63,853 bases of DNA. Origin: Limisphaerales bacterium. GTDB lineage: Bacteria; Verrucomicrobiota; Verrucomicrobiia; Limisphaerales; JAHDYP01. The DNA lies in contig JBMTVN010000001.1 of the NCBI GenBank assembly GCA_049451415.1, positions 1-63,853 on the forward strand, in the 5' to 3' direction. The notes under the pieces were generated by a model. That model was not told where the DNA came from. It made no database searches and was given only the letters and a program-made list of their open reading frames with translations. This document shows positions 29,439 through 39,137 of this stretch, one piece after another; the first letter of the stretch is position 1, and every line of letters starts with the position of its first letter. Made by a program: the position numbers and the translations under genes.

Positions 29439-30020
29439 ATGCAGCAGCGAGCGCGGGGGAGCCGACGCTCAGCTGCTCCCGTCGTGCAGGGCTCAAGCCC
29501 GGCCAAGACCAAAGGGATCCCACAAGTCGTCCTGGGTATCGACCCTTCCCTGCGAGGGACAGGATATGGTGTGATCCGCAAGGCCGGGCAGGATTGCGTG
29601 GCCTTGGACCACGGAACCGTAAGTTGTCCTGCATCCTGGCCCCGCAGCCGTTGTCTCGTGCTGATCGCCTCGACCCTGCGGGATGTCATCCGCAAGCACC
29701 AACCAAGCCTCGCGGTGGTGGAAGGCTTGTTTTTTGCCCAGAATCTCAAGACCGCCCTGATCATGGGGGAAGCGCGGGGAGTGAGCCTGTGTGCGGCAGC
29801 CGAAGCCGGGCTGGATATTTGTGAGATTGCCCCGAGGAAAGTGAAGCAGGCCATCGTGGGCTATGGCGCGGCGCAGAAACTGGCCGTCGCCAAGATGGTG
29901 CAGCGGATGCTGAACCTGCAGGAGCAACCCGCACCGGATGCGGCAGACGCCCTGGCCCTGGCACTGGCCTACACGCAAGAAAACAGCAACCCGGTCCTGA
30001 ATCCTCCAAAATGGCTGTGA
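29439..30020 (+). CDS. ruvC: Crossover junction endodeoxyribonuclease RuvC
   Basis: VLGIDPSLRGTGYGVI, LAVVEGLFFAQNLKTALIMGEARG and PAPDAADALALALAY. The long track ORF 28329-30020 is antisense to MoxR for most of its length. The exact start (ATG 29439 or a nearby GTG) is uncertain. Confidence 0.85.
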   Translation: MQQRARGSRRSAAPVVQGSSPAKTKGIPQVVLGIDPSLRGTGYGVIRKAGQDCVALDHGTVSCPASWPRSRCLVLIASTLRDVIRKHQPSLAVVEGLFFAQNLKTALIMGEARGVSLCAAAEAGLDICEIAPRKVKQAIVGYGAAQKLAVAKMVQRMLNLQEQPAPDAADALALALAYTQENSNPVLNPPKWL

Positions 30021-30036
30021 ACCAACAACCGCCGGC

Positions 30037-30213
30037 ATGAATTTCGAGTCTTTCCAGTTTTGGGCAGTAACCGCGTGGATGGTCTTGATGATCGTCCTGG
30101 CAGTGAAGGCTGTCGTGGAGCTACTCCGTGACGGCCATGCGAATCAACCAGCCGAAAAGGCGGCGACCAATTCCGATCCAAACCACGGTTCTTCTGGAGG
30201 TCAGAATACATGA
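30037..30213 (+). CDS. Candidate 58-aa single-pass membrane protein between ruvC and ruvA
   Basis: Below the size cut-off of the ORF track. Sequence: MNFESFQFWAVTAWMVLMIVLAVKAVVELLRDGHANQPAEKAATNSDPNHGSSGGQNT. The ATG lies 16 nt after the ruvC stop, and its TGA overlaps the ruvA ATG (ATGA at 30210-30213). Confidence 0.35.
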   Translation: MNFESFQFWAVTAWMVLMIVLAVKAVVELLRDGHANQPAEKAATNSDPNHGSSGGQNT

Positions 30214-30812
30214 TAGGTTTTTTGCGCGGCATTCTGGCGGAGGCATTACCGACCCAGATCACAGTGGATGTGCAGGGATTGGGCTACGAGGTACTCATTC
30301 CACTGTCATCGTTTGACCGACTACCCGAGCCCGGCAAAGAGGTAAAGATCCTCACGCACCTTGCGGTACGCGAGGATGCCCACGTCTTGTACGGCTTCAT
30401 GAGTCCGGGGGAACGGGAACTGTTTCGCATGCTGATCAACACCGTCAGTGGCGTAGGCCCCCGGCTGGCGCTCAATGTTCTCAGCGGCATGAACCCAACC
30501 GCTTTTCGTGGTGCGGTAGCCAACGGGGATGTCAAAGCCCTTTCGCAGATCTCCGGCGTAGGCAAAAAGACCGCCGAACGTATCGTCGTCGAGCTCCGGG
30601 ACAAGGTGGGGGCGGTTGGCGGCTGGGAAGCCACCAGTGAAGGCCGCGCCCTGTCGAAGGAGGATCAAAAGCTCAATGACGCGGTGCTGGCCCTCATGGC
30701 ACTTGGGGTAAAGCAGCAGGATGCCCACGACAACGTGCGGGCGGCCATGCAACGACTGGGCGCGGACGCCGCGACAGAGGACCTGGTCCGGGCAAGCCTT
30801 AAACGCGGCTAA
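30210..30812 (+). CDS. ruvA: Holliday junction branch migration protein RuvA
   Basis: MIGFLRGILAEALPTQITVDVQGLGYEVLIP N-terminus and HhH motifs (ISGVGKKTAERIV). Confidence 0.9.
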   Translation: MIGFLRGILAEALPTQITVDVQGLGYEVLIPLSSFDRLPEPGKEVKILTHLAVREDAHVLYGFMSPGERELFRMLINTVSGVGPRLALNVLSGMNPTAFRGAVANGDVKALSQISGVGKKTAERIVVELRDKVGAVGGWEATSEGRALSKEDQKLNDAVLALMALGVKQQDAHDNVRAAMQRLGADAATEDLVRASLKRG

Positions 30813-30815
30813 GGC

Positions 30816-31541
30816 ATGGAACATCAGTCTCAGGTTCAACCCGCCAGCAAGCAACGTCCGCCGCGGCGCAGCGGGGTCGTGGTACCCAACCGGGCAACGT
30901 GGCACCAGCGACTGCTTGGCAGACTGATTTTCACATTCATCCGTCTCCTCTCAATGACCTTGCGGTGGAAGCAGGAGGGAATGCCCGAGGCCCTGGAGGA
31001 AGCGGACCCGGCTCCGGCGATCTTTGTGATCTGGCACAACCGGTTGTCGATGTGCCTTGAGGTCTTTCAGCGCTATATCCGTGATCATCACATTGAAACC
31101 CGCCGGCTTGCGGCGGTGGTGAGCGCGAGCCGCGACGGCGCCATGCTGGCCGAGGTGCTGAAACTCTACCGGGTCGAGCCAGTGCGCGGAAGCACGAGCC
31201 GACGCGGACCACAGGCCTTGCGCGAGCTGGTGAGCAGCAGCCGAAAAGGGTTCGACCTAGCCATTACCCCCGATGGTCCGCGGGGACCGTGCTATGTGAT
31301 GCAGGAAGGCCCCATCGCACTGGCCCAACTCACGGGCATGGCGGTCATCCCGGTATCCATTCATTTCAGCTGGAAGATCTCGCTGCGAAGCTGGGACCGC
31401 TTTCAAATCCCGCTGCCCGGCTCAAGGTGCAAGGTCATCGTCGGCAAACCGATCCGGGTATCACGCAAGTCTACGCCTGAGGAACGTGAAGCCCTCCGGC
31501 AGGAAGTAGAAAACGAACTCCGGCGGCTCACTAAAGATTGA
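30816..31541 (+). CDS. DUF374 / lysophospholipid-acyltransferase-like protein
   Basis: FVIWHNRLSM, SASRDGAMLAEVLKLYRVEPVRGSTSRRG and ITPDGPRGP are typical of DUF374. The gene starts 3 nt after the ruvA stop. Confidence 0.7.
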   Translation: MEHQSQVQPASKQRPPRRSGVVVPNRATWHQRLLGRLIFTFIRLLSMTLRWKQEGMPEALEEADPAPAIFVIWHNRLSMCLEVFQRYIRDHHIETRRLAAVVSASRDGAMLAEVLKLYRVEPVRGSTSRRGPQALRELVSSSRKGFDLAITPDGPRGPCYVMQEGPIALAQLTGMAVIPVSIHFSWKISLRSWDRFQIPLPGSRCKVIVGKPIRVSRKSTPEEREALRQEVENELRRLTKD

Positions 31542-31611
31542 ACTGCAGCAGAGGGATTCAGTCTGTTGTCACAGCCCTCCCCCGGGGCTGCAGGCAGCGC
31601 CAAAGGCACCC

Positions 31612-32166
31612 TCAGGGCTGGTTTCGATAGTACTCCAGCCGCTTTAGCACAGCCCCCACATAGTGACGCGTGGAGGGAAACTCAATGTCTTCAAGAAACA
31701 CCCCGGAGTTGGTTTCAGCCCCGGGAAACTTCATCCACTTCCGCACATTGGACCGGCCGGCGTTGTAATCCGCCAGCGTGTACGCCAGAGGATTGTCCGT
31801 GGTCTGGTAGCGTTGCGAGAGCCTCGAAAGATACCACGTTCCAGCCATGATATTCGTCGTCGGGTCAATGAGATGCTCGGCCTCGAAACCCACAATGCTC
31901 TGCGAGGATGACCAGTCGATGGCTGCCATTTCCTGAATCTGCATCAACCCGCGCTCCCCTGCCCCGCCTCGAGCACCCGCGTTAAACCGGCTTTCATTCC
32001 AGATAACGGCCTTGATCAGAGCCGCTTCAACACCGTAGCGCTGCGCTGCCTGCTGGATAATGGCGTCAAACCGCTGCTCACGGTAGCTTCGGACACTGGC
32101 AATCCACCAGGCCGCGACCACCGCGAGCCCCATCAATACAAAGACCCAAGGCAACAGTCTACGCAT
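31612..32166 (-). CDS. Lytic transglycosylase (SLT domain), membrane-anchored
   Basis: ALIKAVIWNESRFNAGARGGAGERGLMQI carries the catalytic Glu in NES, and AYNAG is present. The ATG at 32166 (MRRLLPWVFVLMGLAVV) is preferred, because the track start at 32271 would overlap the priA start. Confidence 0.85.
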   Translation of the reverse strand: MRRLLPWVFVLMGLAVVAAWWIASVRSYREQRFDAIIQQAAQRYGVEAALIKAVIWNESRFNAGARGGAGERGLMQIQEMAAIDWSSSQSIVGFEAEHLIDPTTNIMAGTWYLSRLSQRYQTTDNPLAYTLADYNAGRSNVRKWMKFPGAETNSGVFLEDIEFPSTRHYVGAVLKRLEYYRNQP

Positions 32167-32269
32167 CGGGAGCCTTGTGTAACGGGCGCACGGAGCGGAC
32201 TCAATCCCCAAGTACATTTCTTGCCCATCCGGCCCGGGTTGTGGACGATACCAAGCTTGCGAAAGCGCC

Positions 32270-34492
32270 ATGGTAATCGCCCGTGTCAGTCTGGATTTGG
32301 CTCTGCGCCGCGAATTTGACTACCTCGTCCCCCCCGAGATGGAGGGCATGGTGGAGGTGGGTTCGCGGGTGAAGATCCCCTTCGGCGCACGAGAAATCAT
32401 GGGCTGCGTCACCGCCCTGCTCGACCACTCGGAACACAAGAAACTCCGCGCGATCATCAAGGTCGTCGGTTCCCAGGCACTGGTGACGAAAAAGGTCCTG
32501 GAACTTGCCCGCTGGATGGCCGGCTACTATTGCTGCCCGCTGGAGACCGCGCTCAAGAGCGTCCTGCCCGACGCGGTCCGCCGGGAAGACGAGGGATGGA
32601 AGAAGCAACTGACGGTGCACGCGCTGCCGGTTGCCGGTGAGCTTCCCAAGCTCACGGAGCGGCAGCAGGAAATCTGGAACATCATTGAGGAATGGCGCGA
32701 GATGCCGTTGACCGAGCTGGTGGCGCTGGCCCAGACCACACCCGCCACCATACGAAAGCTTGAGGACAAGGGACTCGTCCACATAGGACCGCGCATATCC
32801 GAGCGCGACCCATATGCGAGGGAGACAATTCTGCCCACGCAACCCCTGCCTTTGAACGACGAGCAGGAGTTCGCCCTGCGCGAAATCACCGGGGCCCTCG
32901 ACAGCGCCGGAGAACGCTCAGCTCCTGCCTATCTGCTGCATGGCGTGACCGGCAGCGGTAAAACTGAAGTCTACCTGCAGGCCATCGCCCACACACTGCG
33001 ACAAGGCAAGGGAGCCATTGTGCTCGTCCCCGAAATCTCGCTGACACCACAAACCGTGGAGAGGTTCAAGGCCAGGTTCTGCAGCGGCGAACTCCAGACG
33101 CTGGTCGCTGTTCTGCACAGCCACCTTTCCTCCGGAGAACGCCATGATGAATGGCACAAAATCCGGCAGGGCCGGGCTCGAATCGTCATCGGTGCCAGAT
33201 CCGCAGTCTTCGCCCCGGTGGAACCTTTGGGGCTGATCATCGTGGACGAGGAACACGAGCACTCCTACAAACAGGAAGAATCCCCCCGCTACCATGGCCG
33301 TGACCTCGCCGTGGTTCGGGGCCACCGGGAAGGAGCAGTCGTTGTTCTCGGCTCCGCGACTCCTTCGATGGAGACCTTCTACAACGCGCAGCGAGGCAAA
33401 TACCGCATCCTCAACCTGTCAAAACGGGCGGATGACAAACAAATGCCTGTGGTGCGTGTGGTGGACATGCGGCAGGAATCGCGCCGGGACAAGGGCACCC
33501 CCCTCTTCTCACTGCGCCTGCGTGAGGCGATTTTGCAGCGCCTTGAGCGTTCAGAGCAAACGATGCTCTTCCTGAACCGTCGGGGTTATGCCACCTCCAT
33601 GCAGTGCCCCAAATGCGGCCACGTGGCCAACTGCCCGAATTGTTCAGTTTCCCTCACTTACCATCGCGCTGCCCAGAGACTGCTGTGCCACATCTGTGGC
33701 CATAACCTCGCCGCCCCAAGGGAATGCCCCGACTGCCGGGATCCCGGAATCCGTTACGCCGGCCTCGGCACCGAACGCGTGGAAGAAACCCTGTCGAAAA
33801 TCTTCCCCCAAGCCCGGGTCAGCCGCATGGACTCCGACACCCTGAAGCGCAAGGAGGATTACCGCCGTATCCTCGGAGATTTCCGCACGGGTAAAATCGA
33901 TATCCTCATCGGTACACAGATGATCGCCAAGGGCCTGCACTTCCCCAACGTCACACTCGTGGGAATCGTCTATGCCGACCAAGGCCTGAACCAGCCTGAC
34001 TTCCGTGCAGGAGAACGGACATTCCAGCTCCTGACCCAGGTTGCCGGGCGCGCCGGACGTGGCGAAGTAGAAGGCGAGGTCGTCGTTCAGGCGTTCTCAC
34101 CTTTCCACCCTGCGATCCAATATGCGCGGCAACACGATTACCTCGGTTATTACGAACAGGAGATCGAGTTCCGGGAACAACTCGGATATCCGCCGCTGAA
34201 CCGGGTGGCACTCCTCACCCTGAAGAGCCGGAATGAGGAGAAGGTTCAGTTTACTGCCGACCATTTGCGTGGTGAGCTGGAGCAGGCCTGCGCCAGCCTG
34301 CAGCGAGTCATCATCGCCGGCCCGGCCCCCGCCCCGCTCATGCGGGCGGAGACTTTCTACCGCTACCAGATCATGCTGCGCGCGCCCCAGATGCAGGCCT
34401 TGAGCCGCAAGCTCGCCGGGCTGCTGGAAAAATGGTCACCTCCGGATGAGGTCACGGTGACCCTGGATATTGATCCCGTAAACCTGATGTAG
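32270..34492 (+). CDS. priA: Primosomal protein N' (replication restart helicase PriA)
   Basis: Walker A LLHGVTGSGKTEVY, DEEH box, a Cys-rich zinc region (CPKCGHVANCPNCSVSLTYH...CHICGH...CPDC) and a helicase C-terminal domain. Confidence 0.92.
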   Translation: MVIARVSLDLALRREFDYLVPPEMEGMVEVGSRVKIPFGAREIMGCVTALLDHSEHKKLRAIIKVVGSQALVTKKVLELARWMAGYYCCPLETALKSVLPDAVRREDEGWKKQLTVHALPVAGELPKLTERQQEIWNIIEEWREMPLTELVALAQTTPATIRKLEDKGLVHIGPRISERDPYARETILPTQPLPLNDEQEFALREITGALDSAGERSAPAYLLHGVTGSGKTEVYLQAIAHTLRQGKGAIVLVPEISLTPQTVERFKARFCSGELQTLVAVLHSHLSSGERHDEWHKIRQGRARIVIGARSAVFAPVEPLGLIIVDEEHEHSYKQEESPRYHGRDLAVVRGHREGAVVVLGSATPSMETFYNAQRGKYRILNLSKRADDKQMPVVRVVDMRQESRRDKGTPLFSLRLREAILQRLERSEQTMLFLNRRGYATSMQCPKCGHVANCPNCSVSLTYHRAAQRLLCHICGHNLAAPRECPDCRDPGIRYAGLGTERVEETLSKIFPQARVSRMDSDTLKRKEDYRRILGDFRTGKIDILIGTQMIAKGLHFPNVTLVGIVYADQGLNQPDFRAGERTFQLLTQVAGRAGRGEVEGEVVVQAFSPFHPAIQYARQHDYLGYYEQEIEFREQLGYPPLNRVALLTLKSRNEEKVQFTADHLRGELEQACASLQRVIIAGPAPAPLMRAETFYRYQIMLRAPQMQALSRKLAGLLEKWSPPDEVTVTLDIDPVNLM

Positions 34493-34526
34493 CGCTACAC
34501 CGTGAAGCCTGCTTCAATGCGCCGCC

Positions 34527-37082
34527 ATGATGCTGCGATTGACTGACTTCATTCATTCTCCCCGACTGCTCACGCCCGCCTGCGGGACCAGGTGGCTGGC
34601 CACTCTGGCGCTCTTCACTGCCTGGATCTGCGCAAGTACCAGCAGCATGGCAGCAGCAAGACAATATGCCCCGGAGAAGTCCTTCGACGTGAAACACCTC
34701 CGTCTGGAAATCACGCCGGATTTCACCTCACGCACCGTGGAAGGAACGGCGACACTGCGGCTGGCCCCTGTGATGCAGCCGTTGCGGGTCATGCAGCTGG
34801 ATGCCGTCGACTTGCGCATACACAACCTCGAAGCGGATTTCGGTGTGCAGAATTGGCAGGTCACCCCAGACCGTATCGAGATCACCTTCACCGAGCCCGT
34901 CCCTCTGGACCGGGAAGTCCTGCTCACCATTCGCTACGACTGCCAGCCTGAACAAGGGCTCTTTTTCCGCACGCCCGAGATGGGTTACCTGGAAGGGGAA
35001 GCCCACTTGTTTACACAGGGCGAAACGATCAACCACCGGCACTGGTTCCCCTGCTTCGATGAACCCAACGACCGTTTCACCACGGAAATGGTCTGCCACG
35101 TTCCAGCAGGAATGACGGCGCTCTCCAACGGCCGGTTGCTGAAGACGACTGATAACCCGGATTCCGGACTGACGACGTTCCACTGGCTGCAGGACAAAAC
35201 CCACGTGAATTATCTGGTGGCGCTGGTAGTCGGCCCGTTTGAGAAGGTGGCCGGATTACACCGTGACGTGCCCCTGGGCTTTTATGTCCTGCCATCTGAG
35301 TTTGAGCAGGCGGCCAACTCATTCGAAGGCACGGCGGATATGATGGCGTTCTTCGAGGAAGAGATCGGCGTACCCTACCCTTGGGACCGCTATGATCAGG
35401 TTTGCGTAAACGATTTCGTGGCCGGCGGAATGGAGAACACCAGCCTGACCATACTCACAGACAGCACCCTTTTCTCGCAACAGACCGAGAATATCCGGAG
35501 CAGCCTTGGACTTGTCGCCCACGAGCTCGCACACCAGTGGTTCGGCGACCTGGTAACCTGCAAGGACTGGGGCCACATCTGGCTCAACGAGAGTTTCGCA
35601 ACCTACTATGACACGCTCTACAACGGCCATCGCCACGGGGAAGAGGAGATGCGTTATGAACTGCTGGAGCGCCGGCGAAGCCTGCTGGCTCAGGCCGGCG
35701 ATACGAGGCCCATCATGCGCCGGGATTACGGAGCCGCGATGGAGATGTTCAACCACCTCACTTATCCCAAGGGCAGCTGGGTCCTGCACATGCTGCGCTC
35801 CCAGCTTGGAGCAAGTCTTTACCGCGAGTGCATCCGTACTTACGTGCAGCGATACCAGTTCGGAAATGTGGTCACAGAGGACCTCAATCGGGTCCTCGAG
35901 GAGGTCACCGGCCGCTCCTGGGACCAGTTCCTTGACCAGTGGATTTATCACGGGGGTTATCCCGATCTGGAAATTCGATACAATTGGGACGATGTGGCTG
36001 GAGCCGCAATTGTCACAGTCAAGCAGCGGCAGGAAGTGAATGACCAGGTCCTGCTCTTCAATCTCCCTCTCAAGATGCGTTTCAAGGGAGAGGACTTCAC
36101 GGTCGATCAGCCATTACGAATCGATGCACGGGAACACACGTTCACGGTATCGCTTCCCGGAAAACCCGAAGCAGTACTGGCGGACCCGGATGTGGAACTG
36201 CTGGCCAAACTCAGCCTCGACCGACCCCAGGCCATGGTGGAATCGATGCTTCAAGATCGGGACAACTTGTCCGCGAGGCTGGAGGCCGCTGAACTGCTGG
36301 GCAAGCGAAGTGACAACCGCACCATTGAATTGCTCGGAATAGCCCTGCGAGATGACCCGCACTACGGAGTGCGAATCCAGGCCTCGAAGTCCCTTCGCGC
36401 CATCCACAACACCAAGTCCCTGCAGGAGCTGCTCGCCAGCCGGGATCAACCCGATGCCCGGGCACGTCTGCAAGTGGTGCGTGACCTTGGGGATTTCTAT
36501 CGGGAGGAGGCCTTGGCTGCCTTACTCGAGGTCGTTGGGACCGAAAGCAACCCGGCGATCGTAGCTGCTGCACTGGACGGACTGGCGGGACACCGCGGTG
36601 AGAGCATTGCCCCTGCAATCAAGCAGCAACTCCACCACCAAAGCTACGAAGACGAGATCTGTCGTGCAGCCATGTCCGCCGCTCGCAAACACCGGGATCC
36701 AGTGGTGCTTGAAGCTATCCTGGATCGCCTCAAGGGAGACCACATGGAAACCAGCGCCAGAACTACAGCACTGGATTCCCTGGCCGTGCTGGCTGCAGAG
36801 GGACCGCAGGAGGAGGAAATCCTCAATCTCCTGTTGGATCACCTGGATGACCCAAGCGAGAAGATCCAACGGGCGGCCCTGCGCGGGCTGGGCACGCTTG
36901 GCAATGAAAAGGCCCTGCCGGTGCTCGAACGCTACACCGCCGGCGAGACCAAGGACGCCGCGCAATCTGCCATCCAGGCAATCCGGGACCGTCGCCCCGT
37001 CTCACCGGAGCTGCAGCAACTCCGCGATGAGGTGCAGACACTCCGCCGTGAACAACAGGAACTCCGCGAGAAAATCCAGTAA
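34527..37082 (+). CDS. M1-family aminopeptidase (aminopeptidase N-like) with C-terminal HEAT repeats
   Basis: GGMEN exopeptidase motif, HELAHQWFGDLVT zinc motif and WLNESFATY. The C-terminal part has HEAT-like repeats (DPHYGVRIQASKSLRAI, EKIQRAALRGLGTLG). Confidence 0.9.
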   Translation: MMLRLTDFIHSPRLLTPACGTRWLATLALFTAWICASTSSMAAARQYAPEKSFDVKHLRLEITPDFTSRTVEGTATLRLAPVMQPLRVMQLDAVDLRIHNLEADFGVQNWQVTPDRIEITFTEPVPLDREVLLTIRYDCQPEQGLFFRTPEMGYLEGEAHLFTQGETINHRHWFPCFDEPNDRFTTEMVCHVPAGMTALSNGRLLKTTDNPDSGLTTFHWLQDKTHVNYLVALVVGPFEKVAGLHRDVPLGFYVLPSEFEQAANSFEGTADMMAFFEEEIGVPYPWDRYDQVCVNDFVAGGMENTSLTILTDSTLFSQQTENIRSSLGLVAHELAHQWFGDLVTCKDWGHIWLNESFATYYDTLYNGHRHGEEEMRYELLERRRSLLAQAGDTRPIMRRDYGAAMEMFNHLTYPKGSWVLHMLRSQLGASLYRECIRTYVQRYQFGNVVTEDLNRVLEEVTGRSWDQFLDQWIYHGGYPDLEIRYNWDDVAGAAIVTVKQRQEVNDQVLLFNLPLKMRFKGEDFTVDQPLRIDAREHTFTVSLPGKPEAVLADPDVELLAKLSLDRPQAMVESMLQDRDNLSARLEAAELLGKRSDNRTIELLGIALRDDPHYGVRIQASKSLRAIHNTKSLQELLASRDQPDARARLQVVRDLGDFYREEALAALLEVVGTESNPAIVAAALDGLAGHRGESIAPAIKQQLHHQSYEDEICRAAMSAARKHRDPVVLEAILDRLKGDHMETSARTTALDSLAVLAAEGPQEEEILNLLLDHLDDPSEKIQRAALRGLGTLGNEKALPVLERYTAGETKDAAQSAIQAIRDRRPVSPELQQLRDEVQTLRREQQELREKIQ

Positions 37083-37111
37083 CCGGAGCTGCGCCCCCCA
37101 TAACGGCGACG

Positions 37112-37148
37112 GGCGGCTGCACTACGCAGCCGCCCATCTTCTTTATTA
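37112..37148 (+). terminator. Probable intrinsic terminator after the aminopeptidase gene
   Basis: A 10-bp stem: GGGCGGCTGC (37112-37121) pairs with GCAGCCGCCC (37127-37136) across a 5-nt loop. The T-rich tail is ATCTTCTTTA. Confidence 0.55.
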
Positions 37149-37193
37149 CATCCCGGAGAAACGCGATAGACGGATACCTCCGCCACCAGAATC

Positions 37194-38534
37194 TCAGAGC
37201 TTCTTGATCTGGATGTTCCGGAAGGAAACCGGGTCATTATGACCGGCAAAACCGAAGTGTCCCGAGGCTCGATCCTTGCCCGGGTGCGGACTGTTGGCCA
37301 TGTATTCCGTCACCGTGCTGACGTCACCATCGAGGATGACGGTGCCATTCAATTCGACCCGGATTTTCGAGCCCTGAACGGTAACTTCCTCAAAGTTCCA
37401 CTGCCCGACCGGACGCAGATAGCCTCGATGGGCGGCTATGATTCCGTAGACCGAACCGTGGTACTGACGGGGGTCGAGCTCACTGTATTGCGCGGCATCG
37501 TTGTCGAGCACCTGCAGTTCGCACATCGCCACGTAAGCGGCGTCCCCTGAACCGGGATAACGAATCGCAAGACCATTGTTACCGCCGGCAGGCAGCTTGA
37601 ACTGAACGCGTGCGGCAAAATCAGCATACTCGGCTTCGGTATAAATGGTGCCGCCTTTCTCGGGCAGGCACATGATGGCACCGTTCTGGATGGTGTAGTT
37701 GTCCACCGGACCGGCCCAGCCGGAGAAGTCCTTCCCGTTGAAGACGCTTTCAAAACCCTTGCCACCCTTGGTCGAAAGGATGCGATTGGCTTCATCCGCA
37801 CCGATCTCACGAATGAAGACGTTACGCCACCGGATCTCGCCACCGTGCGTCTGGAGTTGGATGGGACCACGGGCAGGAACCGGCGTTTTGCGGTCGTAAT
37901 AGTTCTCCATTAAGGCGTGGTCGACCACCATTTGGCCGTTCAACCAAACGCTGACACGCGAACCCACCATGATGATGCGGAATGCATTCCACTCACCGAA
38001 CGGAAGGTCGGCCCGGACCAGGGGATCCTTGCCCGGAGCACCCGGAGAATTGTTCCACAGCCCGCCCGAACCCTTGTCGGCTCCAATGTTGAACTTGGCT
38101 TCCTCGGTGTAATCCCAGATCTGGACCTGCGGACATCCCCGAAGGTAGATCCCGGAGTCAGCCAGCGGAACGGTCCGGTATTCCAGGAGCAACTCGAAGT
38201 CGCCGTAGTCCTTCTCCGTCGTGGCGTAGGCACCCTGCCCGTCGTTGATCAGCTCGTCGTTCTCCGCGCGCCAATGTTCACGCATCGTCTTGGTCCATTC
38301 CCCGATCTGTTTCGAACGGGCGGCCTCATCCATTGCCAGCAGCTTGCGGTGGTCAAATGTGTCGCCTCCCCTCCACCCCGTCAGGTCCTTGCCATTGAAA
38401 AGGGCTGTGAAGCCAGACGGCGGTTTGGGAGCTGCGACAGCAGTCATGCTGCCGAGAATGAGCAGGCTGGCGCACCAGCCGAGGGATTTCAACTTACTCG
38501 TTGGGGTGTTCATGGTGTTGCTTTTGATTATCAC
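37194..38534 (-). CDS. Secreted protein with two DUF1080 (3-keto-disaccharide hydrolase-like) domains
   Basis: Signal peptide. FNGKDLTGWRG ... GIYLRG ... RNVFIRE is repeated as FNGKDFSGWAG ... FRNIQIKKL. Confidence 0.8.
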   Translation of the reverse strand: MIIKSNTMNTPTSKLKSLGWCASLLILGSMTAVAAPKPPSGFTALFNGKDLTGWRGGDTFDHRKLLAMDEAARSKQIGEWTKTMREHWRAENDELINDGQGAYATTEKDYGDFELLLEYRTVPLADSGIYLRGCPQVQIWDYTEEAKFNIGADKGSGGLWNNSPGAPGKDPLVRADLPFGEWNAFRIIMVGSRVSVWLNGQMVVDHALMENYYDRKTPVPARGPIQLQTHGGEIRWRNVFIREIGADEANRILSTKGGKGFESVFNGKDFSGWAGPVDNYTIQNGAIMCLPEKGGTIYTEAEYADFAARVQFKLPAGGNNGLAIRYPGSGDAAYVAMCELQVLDNDAAQYSELDPRQYHGSVYGIIAAHRGYLRPVGQWNFEEVTVQGSKIRVELNGTVILDGDVSTVTEYMANSPHPGKDRASGHFGFAGHNDPVSFRNIQIKKL

Positions 38535-38651
38535 TGAATCATATGGATGGATACTGCGTTGTTGCCGGTCGTCTCACTGGAGCCTGCCTGTAGTCATGAC
38601 CATGCTGTGCGAGAGATACGGGAGCAAATCCTGCCCCCCGAGCTCCCCGCC

Positions 38652-39113
38652 CTACATTCCAAACTTGGTCAGCTCCTGCTGAAGCGCAGCCTGGAAGTCC
38701 ATCACGTCCTCCTGGCTCGGTTTATAGCCCTTCTCCGACGGGACAAGCCCCAGGCGTCCCATCTGGTCCAGATACCACTCGGCAGTCTTGCCATCACTAA
38801 AAGTCACGCCGCCGCTGACAATCGCCCCCGGACGGGTGACCTGGTCGACCGAAAGCGAAACTCCCCCGTCATGAGGCGCAGACTCACCGGCTTCCTCCGC
38901 CTCCTTTTCCTTCTTGGCCTGAGCCTGCAACGGGTCAGGCGGAACGTCCTTGTCCTTGGGCTTGAGTTCCAGATCGGCAAGCAGGAACCGCACTTCCATA
39001 TACGTCAGCTTGACCCCAAGTTCTTCTCCAAGCCTCTTTTGGATTTCTGCAGGTTGGAGTCCCGCATCAATCCATTCCCTCACCTTCGCCTTTTGTGTTT
39101 CGTCCAGATTCAT
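38652..39113 (-). CDS. Hypothetical protein, no family recognised
   Basis: 153 aa. It has a helical N-terminal part (MNLDETQKAKVREWIDAGLQPAEIQKRLGEELG), a charged linker (AKKEKEAEEAGE) and a beta-rich C-terminal part. It lies 24 nt downstream of the Smr gene. Confidence 0.55.
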   Translation of the reverse strand: MNLDETQKAKVREWIDAGLQPAEIQKRLGEELGVKLTYMEVRFLLADLELKPKDKDVPPDPLQAQAKKEKEAEEAGESAPHDGGVSLSVDQVTRPGAIVSGGVTFSDGKTAEWYLDQMGRLGLVPSEKGYKPSQEDVMDFQAALQQELTKFGM

Positions 39114-39137
39114 AGCAGTCGAGTCGAGATGAGAGTT

